Shown: positions 27,563 to 35,929 of the stretch, in pieces
How the letters are laid out: every line of letters starts with the position of its first letter
Numbering within the stretch: the first letter of the stretch is position 1
NCBI GenBank assembly: GCA_050692535.1
Contig: JBOGVL010000001.1
Location: 1-41,252, forward strand
From: Actinomycetota bacterium
Lineage (GTDB): Bacteria; Actinomycetota; UBA4738; HRBIN12
Reading direction: 5' to 3'
DNA length: 41,252 nucleotides
Notes under the pieces: model-generated
Told to the model about the DNA's origin: nothing
Seen by the model: the letters and a program-made list of their open reading frames with translations, nothing else
The model's database searches: none
Position numbers and translations under genes: made by a program

Positions 27563-28537
27563 ATGCGGTTCATGATCCTCGTCCGGGCCTCGCCGGCGTC
27601 CGAAGCCGGCGCGATGCCGAAGGAGCAGCAGATCGCGGAGCAGCTCGCGTTCCATCAGGCGATCGACGGGGCCGGCATCCTGATCGACGCGATGGGCTTC
27701 CATCCCACGTCGAAGGCCTGGCGTGTGCTGCAGCGGACCGACGGGTCCCGCGAGGTGATCGAGGGACCGTTCCACGACGATCACCTGATCGCCGGCTACA
27801 CATTGATCGACGTGGCGTCGCGCGAGGAGGCGATGGACTGGTCGCTCCGCTACGCGAAGACCGCCCTCGAGGGCGAGGACGGGGAGATCGAGGTTCGCCA
27901 GCTGTTCGATCTCGACGAATTCGTCCAGGGCCCCGCCGTTCACGGGTTCCGGGAGCTCGACCTGGTCGGCCGGATCGCCGCCGACGTGGGACGGTCCCGA
28001 CCCGACCTGTCCCGAGCCGTCTCCCCGGACGGCACCGTGACCGTCCTGTTCACCGACATCGAGGGATCGACGCAGCTCACCGAGGCGCTCGGCGATGCCG
28101 AGTGGATCCGCGTGCTCCGCGCCCACAACGCGATCGTCAGGGATCAGGTCGTCGCCCATTCGGGCATCGAGGTGAAGTCCCAGGGCGACGGGTTCATGCT
28201 GGCGTTCGCGTCCGCTGAGGACGCCCTGGGCTGCGCGATCGAGATCCAGCGGGCGCTCGTTCAACCTCTCTCGGATGGGCTTCGGCTCCGCGTGCGGATC
28301 GGGCTCCACACCGGCGAGCCGATCCGCGAGGAGGACGACTTCTACGGGAAGGACGTGGTCCTCGCAGCGCGGATCGCGGCGGAGGCACGGGGAGGTGAGA
28401 TCCTGGTCTCGAAACTCGTCCGAGAGCTGACGGAACGCTCCGGGCTGTTCTCGTTCACGGATCCCACCGACGTCGAGCTCAAAGGCCTTTCCGGCATGCA
28501 CTCCCTGTCGGCGGCTCGTTGGCAGACAGGTCTCTGA
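27563..28537 (+). CDS. YCII-related domain fused to a class III adenylate/guanylate cyclase catalytic domain
   Basis: The N-terminus MRFMILVRASPASEAG...FHDDHLIAGYTLIDVASREEAMDW is YCII-like. The C-terminus VTVLFTDIEGSTQLTE...KSQGDGFMLAF...GLHTGEPIREEDDFYGKDVVLAARI is a cyclase domain. Confidence 0.85.
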   Translation: MRFMILVRASPASEAGAMPKEQQIAEQLAFHQAIDGAGILIDAMGFHPTSKAWRVLQRTDGSREVIEGPFHDDHLIAGYTLIDVASREEAMDWSLRYAKTALEGEDGEIEVRQLFDLDEFVQGPAVHGFRELDLVGRIAADVGRSRPDLSRAVSPDGTVTVLFTDIEGSTQLTEALGDAEWIRVLRAHNAIVRDQVVAHSGIEVKSQGDGFMLAFASAEDALGCAIEIQRALVQPLSDGLRLRVRIGLHTGEPIREEDDFYGKDVVLAARIAAEARGGEILVSKLVRELTERSGLFSFTDPTDVELKGLSGMHSLSAARWQTGL

Positions 28538-28647
28538 GCGGAGACGCGGCGGTCCATGCTGACGAGCGAAGCCCCTCGATACACGAGCGGGAGGAGTGCT
28601 CATGACCCGCGCCCGAGAGGTACCGGTTTTTTCCCACCGTATGGATC

Positions 28648-28709
28648 GGTGCCCCCGGGAGGAATCGAACCTCCGACTCGCGGTTTGGGAAACCGCTGTC
28701 TCCGTGAGC
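28648..28709 (-). pseudogene. tRNA-Gly(CCC)-like fragment or pseudogene (anticodon arm, variable loop, T-arm and 3' acceptor strand intact; no canonical D-arm or 5' acceptor)
   Basis: The rc reads GCTCACG-GAGACA-GCGGT/TTCCCAA/ACCGC-GAGTC-GGAGG/TTCGATT/CCTCC-CGGGGGC-A-CC. The expected 5' strand GCCCCCG is absent. Confidence 0.55.
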
Positions 28710-28793
28710 GTCAGAAATCGCGCGTCGATCCGTCGTGAGCCTCGCGGATCCTGGTCGGCGGCAGTCGTGTCCCGGAGCCCAATCCGTGCTTCG

Positions 28794-30170
28794 TCACGAA
28801 GCCGAAGGTCGGAGCCGGACCTCGACGCGTGTCCCCTCGCCGGGTTCGCTCGAGACGACGACGGTGCCGCCCCACTTCTCGGCGAGGTCGCTCGCGATCG
28901 CGAGGCCGAGCCCCGAGCCTCCGCTCGGCGCCCCGCGCCCGCGGTAGAAGCGTTCGGTCACGCGCGCGACCTCGTCCTGCGGGATGCCCGGCCCGCGGTC
29001 CCGGACGGCCACGAACACGCGTCCGTCCCGCTCGCCGGACTCGATGGTGATCTCACCCGGCGCGTACGAGGTCGCGTTGTCGACCAGGTTGTCGAGGATC
29101 TGGTCCAGGTCCGACGGGTTCCCCTGCGCGAGTCCCGCCCGGCCCTCGGCGACGACCGTCGAGCCCCGCTGCCGGGCCCGCTCGTCCCACCTCGCGATCG
29201 CCCGGGTGACCGACTCGGCGAGGTCGACCTCGGCCGCTGCGCCCTCCTCGATCTCGCGCGACATCTCCAGGAGCCGGTCGACGATCCCCGAGAGCCGATC
29301 GACCTCCTTCTCGGCGGCCTCGAGCTGGCGTTTGACGCCGTCGTCGCCGGCCTGGTCGATCGCCGACTCCAGGCGCAGCTTCATGCCGGTGAGCGGCGTC
29401 CGAAGCTGGTGCGAGGCGTTCGCGACGAACTCGCGCTGCGCCCGGACCGTGCGCTCGAGCCGGCCGGCCATCTCGTCGAACGAGCGTCCGAGCTCGGTGA
29501 TCTCGCTGGCGCCGCCGACCTCCTCGGCGCGCGCCGACAGGTCGCCGGACCCGAGCCTCCTCGCCGCGCCGGCCAGCCGCGTCAGCGGCCGCGAGAGCGA
29601 TCCCGCCAGCCCGAACGCGAGCACCAGCCCCGCGACCAGCCCGGCCGCGCCGATCGCCAGCAGCCCGAGCGTGACCCGCCGGACGTTGTCGTTGACCTCC
29701 TGCACGTCCTGCGTGATCCGGACCGCGCCGACGATCTCGCCCGCCTGGCTCCGGAGCGGCACCGCCGTCGCCATCAGGTCCTGGCCGAGCGTCTCGCTTC
29801 GCCGGATGTCCGACGTCGACTCGCCCCGCTCGAGCGCCGCCGTGATCTCCGGCCGCTCCCCGTTGAGGTAGTTCTGGCCGACGTCCTGCCCCGCCGAGTC
29901 GGCCAGGACGACGCCGTCGGCGGCGATGACCACCACGCGCGCGCTCGCGAGGCCGGCCGAGTCGACCACGAACGCGTCGAGCTCCGGAGTCTGTGCCAGA
30001 TCCCGCGGGTCGAGCGCCGCCGCGATGCCCTGCGTCGTGATGAGCGCGGAGTTCTCCAGCTCGGCCGTGGCGCGTGCCCGCAGGTTGATCGTGAGCGGGA
30101 GGCCGAGCGCGACGATCAGGACGAGCAGGATGTACGCGAAGGCGATGACGAGGCGCGTGCGGACCTTCGT
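28794..30170 (-). CDS. Sensor histidine kinase (TM-sensor-TM-HAMP-HisKA-HATPase_c); non-canonical or unresolved start
   Basis: It has the H-box ASHQLRTPLT, the N-box LDNLVDNA, and the G-boxes DRGPGI and GSGLGLAI. The first TM helix (RLVIAFAYILLVLIVALGLPLTI) lies upstream of the first canonical start (GTG 29969). ACG 30170 sits 5 nt after AGGAGG. Confidence 0.8.
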   Translation of the reverse strand, partial: TKVRTRLVIAFAYILLVLIVALGLPLTINLRARATAELENSALITTQGIAAALDPRDLAQTPELDAFVVDSAGLASARVVVIAADGVVLADSAGQDVGQNYLNGERPEITAALERGESTSDIRRSETLGQDLMATAVPLRSQAGEIVGAVRITQDVQEVNDNVRRVTLGLLAIGAAGLVAGLVLAFGLAGSLSRPLTRLAGAARRLGSGDLSARAEEVGGASEITELGRSFDEMAGRLERTVRAQREFVANASHQLRTPLTGMKLRLESAIDQAGDDGVKRQLEAAEKEVDRLSGIVDRLLEMSREIEEGAAAEVDLAESVTRAIARWDERARQRGSTVVAEGRAGLAQGNPSDLDQILDNLVDNATSYAPGEITIESGERDGRVFVAVRDRGPGIPQDEVARVTERFYRGRGAPSGGSGLGLAIASDLAEKWGGTVVVSSEPGEGTRVEVRLRPSAS

Positions 30171-30179
30171 GGCAGCCTC

Positions 30180-30869
30180 CTACGCCTCCTCGGGAGCGAG
30201 GAACCGGAAGCCAACGCCCCGGATCGTCGTGATGTAGCGGGGCTTCGACGGGTTCTCCTCGATCTTCTTGCGGAGCCATGAGACGTGCACGTCGAGCGTC
30301 TTTGTGGGGCCGAACCAGTGCGGGTCCCACACCTCGTCCATGATCTCCTCGCGCTTGAGCACCTGCCCGGCGTTGGACATCAGGATGTTGAGCAGGTCGA
30401 ACTCCTTGGCGGCCAGCTCGAGGGTCTCGCCCGCCCGAGTGACCGTCCGCGAGGCCGGGTCGAGCCGGATGTCCCCGATCTCGACCGGCCCCGGCCGCAC
30501 GTCGGCCCGCCCTCGCCGCAGGATCGCCCGGATCCGGGCCGTAAGCTCGCGCATCGAGAACGGCTTGACCACGTAGTCGTCGGCGCCGAGCTCGAGCCCC
30601 ACCACCCGGTCGATCTCCTCGCCCCGAGCGGTGAGCATGATGATCGGCACGTCCGACTCACGCCGGATCTCGCGCGCCAGGTCCCGCCCGTCGCCGTCGG
30701 GAAGCATGACGTCCAGCAGGATCAGGTCCGGCGTGGCGCGCCCGTAGGCACTCCGCGCCGCATCGATCGTGCCGGCCACCTCCGCCTCGAACCCCTCACG
30801 CTCGAGGCTCTCGGCAAGGGGCTCCGAGATGGCCAGCTCATCCTCAACGACCAGTATTCGCGACTTCAC
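30180..30869 (-). CDS. OmpR/PhoB-family response regulator
   Basis: GTG 30869. The receiver reads RILVVEDE...LILLDVMLPDGDG...YVVKPF, followed by a winged helix ...YITTIRGVGFRF. Confidence 0.9.
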   Translation of the reverse strand: MKSRILVVEDELAISEPLAESLEREGFEAEVAGTIDAARSAYGRATPDLILLDVMLPDGDGRDLAREIRRESDVPIIMLTARGEEIDRVVGLELGADDYVVKPFSMRELTARIRAILRRGRADVRPGPVEIGDIRLDPASRTVTRAGETLELAAKEFDLLNILMSNAGQVLKREEIMDEVWDPHWFGPTKTLDVHVSWLRKKIEENPSKPRYITTIRGVGFRFLAPEEA

Positions 30870-30991
30870 GCCCGCGATGGTAGCGGGAGTTCCTATGGTC
30901 CTTCGTTCGGCCCAAGTCACAGCCGGGGTGCTCGAGCTCTGTTCCGGCACCATCGTTCCCTGCCCCGAGGTGCATGCTTCCGGCTTGCTTC

Positions 30992-31411
30992 CTACTCCTC
31001 CTTAGAGCCAACCGCATTGAGGACGGCATCTGCGATGTCGTGCATGGAGCCTCCCTTAACAACATAGGCGGTGGCTCCCGCTTGGAGCGCCTGTCGTTTT
31101 CGGAGTTCGTCATCGAACGTAGACAGCATGACAACGCGAGTCGCAGGCAGGCGGCCTACTATGATTTCGGTCGCCTGAATGCCCCCAATCCCCGGCATCT
31201 TGACGTCCATCAGGACCACATCAGGTGCGAGCTCTTGCGCAAGCTCAATTCCGCTTGCGCCGTCCCCAGCCTCGCCGACAACCGCGATGCCCTCTACCTC
31301 CAAGAGCTCCCGCAGGGCCTGACGGCTGTCCATACTGTCGTCTACAAGCAAGACGCGTGGCTGCGGGCGTGGCGTGGGTACAGGACTCATAGCGATCAAT
31401 CCGTCGAGCAA
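30992..31411 (-). CDS. Receiver-only (CheY-like) response regulator
   Basis: RVLLVDDS...VVLMDVKMPGIGG...VVMLSTF...AYVVKG, with no output domain. The start is TTG 31411 or ATG 31390. Confidence 0.8.
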   Translation of the reverse strand: MLDGLIAMSPVPTPRPQPRVLLVDDSMDSRQALRELLEVEGIAVVGEAGDGASGIELAQELAPDVVLMDVKMPGIGGIQATEIIVGRLPATRVVMLSTFDDELRKRQALQAGATAYVVKGGSMHDIADAVLNAVGSKEE

Positions 31412-31697
31412 TCGCCCCGCCTGGGCGGAATCGTGGGACGGAGTTCCTTGCTCCTCACAGGGTCTTCACTTGATTGTCGGCTATCGGTGAGGTCTTCCCG
31501 ATCCCCCGTTAGGCCAGTCAGGATGCGACTTTCGTTCAGGGTTCTGATCGGGCTACTCTTGACTCCAGATGGCCGCGGGGGGGAGAGGTGAGCCCACTTG
31601 GCCCTCGGCCATGACCTTCCTCGAAGCTCGCGTGCACTGCTAGACAGCCAATGGCGCAGCCAGCTCGCGGGCAGATAACCCTCCTGACGAAAAGGTC

Positions 31698-34600
31698 CTA
31701 ACGCTCAGCCCCGAGCCCTAGCGAGGCTTCGGCCATCTCCACTCGTGCAAGAGACGCCGCGTTCCCCTTTCGACGATACAGATCCGCTGCCGCCTGAAAC
31801 TCAGCGGAGGCGTGAAACACCTTCCCGGCGGCCTGGAGCACAATCCCTAGGTCGAGGTGTGCATCGCCAGCCATGCTGAGCAGATCCGACCCGGCGGCGA
31901 AGGCCACCCCTTCGCCTGCAAGTCGCTCCGCTTCCATGAGCTCCCCGTTGGCAGCCAGAACCTTGGATCGAACACCCCGCCAAGCCATCTGCGACGCGAC
32001 GTCGTCCTCGGCGGTGGCATGTTCACTCTCGATCGTAGCTCGCATTGCCTCGCTGAGATTCCCTTGTCGGTACAAGGCCTCCGCCAACAGCGCAACCGCC
32101 GTCGAGAGCATGCTCCGCTCACCCATTCTCTTCAGCGCCTCGACTGCCGGCCGCAGAACGACTTCGGCGCGGCCCGGATCCTCCGCAAAGAGCATCGCCG
32201 CTCCGTAGTGCATTCGGATGGATACTAGCCTCCATTCAGTGCCGAGCTTTCCTGCACGGATGACGGCGTCGTCCAACAATTTGCGCGCCTGGTCGAATCG
32301 ACCAGCCATTGCAAGGAGGAACCCAAGTCCTGCCAAAGCCTCGGGGTCCGGGCGTTGCGCGCTTGCCAGGTTCTTCTCGATGATCTGAATGCAGCGGTCA
32401 ACCGGGATGGGGCCATGCGCCACACCCAGACTCGAACGCTGAGCAGCCTCTCGCTCGTCGCCTGCCTCGCGTGCGAGACGCTGGCCGATCTCGTACGCCT
32501 CGACGGCTTCAATGGCTCTTCCGCGGCGACCCAGAGCATCTCCGAGAAGTCTGTGCGCTCTCGCAGCACCCGCTAACTCCCCCAGGCTTCGCAGCGCCTT
32601 CTCAGCATCGGCGGCAATCCGCTCAGTCTCCTGAGTGTTCGTGTCGTCGGGCGCACGCCAGAACCTAATATCCGTCTGTTCAAGACGGATACGCCATTCG
32701 GCTATCTCATTCCCAAGGCGGCGAGCATCAGTGAGTGCTTCGCCGAGTACCGACTCGGCCCCGTCCAGGTCACCCGTTTCGAACAATGCAACGCCTAGAC
32801 GCCACCCGATCTCGACCCGAAGGGGATTGTCCTTGTCGAGGAGGCCAAGGGCGCGGTTCAGCAAGCTGCTTGCTGCCGGATTGTCGTCCCGGGCGAGTGC
32901 TCGCACGCCGGCCGACCAGAGCCGAGTCCCGGCGCGATCCGCAAGGGACTGAGTGCCCGAATCGCGGATCCCCAACTCCACACGAAATCCATGTGCGGTC
33001 TCAAAGTGATACCCCACAATCTCCTCTAGCTCAGCTATGCGGCTACCGCTCCCGGCCTCCAGGTACCCTCCCAGCGCCTCGTGAGCCGCAGCCCGGGCTT
33101 CCTTAGACATCGCCCGATAGACCACGTCGCGGATCAGGTGGTGGCGGAACCTGAACGTCCGCCCACCGCTCGGGGACTCACTACGAACTGAGATCAGGTC
33201 CTTCGCATCAAGGTCATCGAGGAGCGTCTCAAGGTGCGTATGATCAAGGTCGAACGCCGCGAGATTCTGTGTCGTGAAGATTTGTCCAACCACCGATGCG
33301 TTTTCCAAGACACGGCGCTGAGCCCCTCCGAGTCGGTCGAGACGGGCGCCGATGAGCGCGTGAATCGTAGGCGGTATGGGGACTTCAGTGAGATCGGAGG
33401 AAGCTACCCAACGACCATCCGTCCATTGCAATAGCCCATCATCGATGAGCATAGCCACGAGCTCTTCGAGGAACAGTGGGTGCCCCTCGCCGGCTTCAAG
33501 AATTCGCTCACGTGCCGTGTCATCAATCTCGACGGGCCCCACGAGATTGTTGACCAGCATTGTGCTCTCCTCGCGGTCCAGTGGGAGCAGCGGCAGATTC
33601 ACAGCATCAAGGCGCCCGCCTCCCCAACCTGGCCGTCTCTCCACAATCTCCGCTCGTGTCATGCACACGACGAGGATCGTCACTCCGCGAGATGCCCGCG
33701 CAACGTGCTCGATGAGATCCAGGAGTGTTGTCTCAGCCCAGTGAATGTCGTCGAACACAAGGACGAGTGGGTGATCGCGAGCGATGATCTCGAACAACCT
33801 TCGTATTGCAAAGAGAGTCTCACCCGGTGCTGGGGGGTTCTCACTCAGGCCGAGAATGGAAGCTATCTGCTCCTCAACGAACCCGGCGTCCTCGGCCGAG
33901 CCCAAGAGTGTTCCTACTCTCGTTCGAGCGGCGTGAGCCAGGTCGGCGTCGTCGATTCTCGCAGCCTGCCGGACCATCTCGGCGACTGGCCAGAAGGTGA
34001 TGTCTCGTCCGTATGACAAGCAGTGGCCGGTCAACACGGTCGCGCTTTCGCGCGCCTGGACCAGGAACTCGCTTACAAGTCGTGTCTTTCCAACGCCCGC
34101 GGATCCAAGCAGGGTGACAAGCGAGGCTCTTCTTCCTAGCGAGGCCCGCGCAAAGGCTTGCCGGAGGACTGTGAGTTCTTCTTGTCGGCCGACGAGAGGG
34201 GAGCTGAATCTGCGGCCCGCCGTGCGGACACTCATGTCATCCACCAACCGGAAAGCGCCTAGTGAGGATGACTCCTCCCCGAGAATAAGAATCTCGGTCG
34301 GTTCCATTCCCGCAGCGCGCTCAACGAGCCTGGCAGCGGCGCCCGACATTAGGACTTCACCTGGTCGGGCTGCTTGCGCGAGTTGGTCGGCCTCTTCAAT
34401 CGGTCCGAGAGTGAGGAGCCGCTGCTCAGCGGCGGAGGATTCAACGAGCGCTTCGCCAAGTCCGATTCCCATACGAGCCGCGAGCGCGACCCCGTTTATC
34501 GCGTCAGCCCCCCCACCTCGCGAAGACGTGGCGCGAAGCTCCATCGCCGTACGAACGGCTCGGGCAACGTCGTCCTCGTGCACTCGGGGCACCCCGAAGA

Positions 34601-35567
34601 CGGCACTGATTCTCCCAACGACGACCTCGTAAACCCAGCCGCCATAGGACTCAATGACCCCTCTTGCGTCCTGTACGGCCCGGTCCAGGGTGGCCTTCCC
34701 CGCTTCCGGATCGTCCGTGGGTCCTGCACCGGTCGAGAATCGGCAGACAAGGGCGGCAACGGTCTTCCTGAGGGTGCGCGGGTCGGTTTCGTCGGCTAGC
34801 GCCGGCGAATTGAGAGCGGCATCCTGCGCAAGGATCTGTCGTTCGAGTCGCCGAATAGCCGGGCCGACCTCGATACCAACCTCGGTAGAGAGTCGATGCC
34901 GGAGTTGGGTGATCGAATCAAGAGCCTCCGCTTGCCGCCCGGTTCGGTACAAGGCAATGGCAGCCAAACCGTGGATCCGCTCGTTGAGAGGGAGTGCTGC
35001 CCGCAAGGCCTCAAGCTCAGGCACCGCCTCGACATGTCTGCCAAGAGCCAATTGCGCCTCCAGTCGTTCGGCTCGAGTGGCGAGGAGCAGTTCATCCAAC
35101 TCGGCGAGCTCGGGCTGCGGCACGCCAGGGATGTCCACGTTTGAGAGAGGGGTTCCCTTCCACAGCTTCAGAGCTCGATCTAGCGTGTCCCACGCGGCCC
35201 TGTACTCGGCGTGGGCCATTTCTGCACGGCCTTGCTGAGCCAGCCTGCGGAACTCGTCCAGATCCAGTCGATCGGGGCCAACATGCAAGACGTAGCCCCT
35301 GTCTCGCGATTCCAGGATCACCGTTGGATCGCCGTCTATCAGTTTCCTGAGACGCGAAACGTGCATCTGCAGCGCGGTACGAGCGGTGGCAGGCGGCTCG
35401 TCTCCCCAGAGGGCGTCAATGAGTGTCGGGGAGGAGAAGACCTGCTCTGCGCCGAAAAGGAGGACAGCCAGCAGCCCCTTGAGCTTGGAGCCGCGAAAAG
35501 GGATTGGTGACCCGTTCCGCTCGACCTCAAGAGGCCCCAACACCCGAAAGACCAGGTGATCAGCCAT
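31698..35567 (-). CDS. SARP (OmpR-type wHTH + BTAD) - degenerate cyclase-homology domain - AAA/STAND P-loop NTPase - TPR multidomain regulator (1289 aa)
   Basis: ATG 35567. The SARP region is FRVLGPLEV...LKGLLAVLL...ALWGDEPP...ALQMHVSRLRK...LDLDEFRRL. The cyclase-like region is TVAALVCRFS...AVFGVPRVHEDDVARAV...ARMGIGLGEALV, which lacks the FxDxxGFT aspartates. Walker A is GSAGVGKT and Walker B is LVLVFDDIHW. The C-terminal 550 aa are TPR-like. Confidence 0.9.
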   Translation of the reverse strand: MADHLVFRVLGPLEVERNGSPIPFRGSKLKGLLAVLLFGAEQVFSSPTLIDALWGDEPPATARTALQMHVSRLRKLIDGDPTVILESRDRGYVLHVGPDRLDLDEFRRLAQQGRAEMAHAEYRAAWDTLDRALKLWKGTPLSNVDIPGVPQPELAELDELLLATRAERLEAQLALGRHVEAVPELEALRAALPLNERIHGLAAIALYRTGRQAEALDSITQLRHRLSTEVGIEVGPAIRRLERQILAQDAALNSPALADETDPRTLRKTVAALVCRFSTGAGPTDDPEAGKATLDRAVQDARGVIESYGGWVYEVVVGRISAVFGVPRVHEDDVARAVRTAMELRATSSRGGGADAINGVALAARMGIGLGEALVESSAAEQRLLTLGPIEEADQLAQAARPGEVLMSGAAARLVERAAGMEPTEILILGEESSSLGAFRLVDDMSVRTAGRRFSSPLVGRQEELTVLRQAFARASLGRRASLVTLLGSAGVGKTRLVSEFLVQARESATVLTGHCLSYGRDITFWPVAEMVRQAARIDDADLAHAARTRVGTLLGSAEDAGFVEEQIASILGLSENPPAPGETLFAIRRLFEIIARDHPLVLVFDDIHWAETTLLDLIEHVARASRGVTILVVCMTRAEIVERRPGWGGGRLDAVNLPLLPLDREESTMLVNNLVGPVEIDDTARERILEAGEGHPLFLEELVAMLIDDGLLQWTDGRWVASSDLTEVPIPPTIHALIGARLDRLGGAQRRVLENASVVGQIFTTQNLAAFDLDHTHLETLLDDLDAKDLISVRSESPSGGRTFRFRHHLIRDVVYRAMSKEARAAAHEALGGYLEAGSGSRIAELEEIVGYHFETAHGFRVELGIRDSGTQSLADRAGTRLWSAGVRALARDDNPAASSLLNRALGLLDKDNPLRVEIGWRLGVALFETGDLDGAESVLGEALTDARRLGNEIAEWRIRLEQTDIRFWRAPDDTNTQETERIAADAEKALRSLGELAGAARAHRLLGDALGRRGRAIEAVEAYEIGQRLAREAGDEREAAQRSSLGVAHGPIPVDRCIQIIEKNLASAQRPDPEALAGLGFLLAMAGRFDQARKLLDDAVIRAGKLGTEWRLVSIRMHYGAAMLFAEDPGRAEVVLRPAVEALKRMGERSMLSTAVALLAEALYRQGNLSEAMRATIESEHATAEDDVASQMAWRGVRSKVLAANGELMEAERLAGEGVAFAAGSDLLSMAGDAHLDLGIVLQAAGKVFHASAEFQAAADLYRRKGNAASLARVEMAEASLGLGAER

Positions 35568-35643
35568 GTTCCCCCCGGACCCAGTGGCGCGGCCCCAGCG
35601 TAACGGAGTCGCCAGGCTGGATGCCACTCCCGGACGGTCAGAA

Positions 35644-35672
35644 ACGTTAGCGCGGCGTTAGGGATGCGTTAG
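35644..35672. promoter_or_regulatory. Three direct heptamer repeats (A/G)CGTTAG with exact 11-nt periodicity; candidate SARP operator
   Basis: acgttag at 35644-35650, gcgttag at 35655-35661 and gcgttag at 35666-35672. The array lies in the divergent region between the SARP gene (ATG 35567, minus strand) and the 27-codon gene (ATG 35729, plus strand). Confidence 0.5.
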
Positions 35673-35728
35673 CGGCGCCGACGACTCTGGCCTCCAAGCG
35701 ACCCCAAGAAGGGGAAGGGAGGCAAGCC

Positions 35729-35812
35729 ATGCGAGCTCTCAGGCGTCTCGCCCTTGCGGCAGGCACGCTGTTCGCGCTCGCCCTCGCCGGCGGCGCGCAC
35801 ATCAGGTTCTAA
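35729..35812 (+). CDS. 27-aa signal-peptide-like micro-protein MRALRRLALAAGTLFALALAGGAHIRF
   Basis: It is not in the ORF track because it is too short. GGGAGG (35717-35722) lies 6 nt before the ATG. It is paralogous to 36192-36275, with only synonymous DNA differences across the shared C-terminus. Confidence 0.6.
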   Translation: MRALRRLALAAGTLFALALAGGAHIRF

Positions 35813-35929
35813 TGCGGCTTCGCACCGGATCCACCTAAGCGCGTAGCCGCCGCCTCCGGCGGCACCCGGCGTCTGCACCCGTCGGGGCGCCCGCTGGCGA
35901 GGTAGGCCGACTTTGAAGGGCGGTACAAG

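Noticed and set aside
27255-27640. tmRNA (ssrA) ending at the ...GGTTTCGATTCCTCCCGGGGGCCA motif of copy B.
   Set aside because: The acceptor end does not match the tmRNA GGGGCUG/...CUCCACCA pairing. No tag-peptide ORF or matching 5' end is visible. The required 5' region would also overlap the YCII-cyclase gene.
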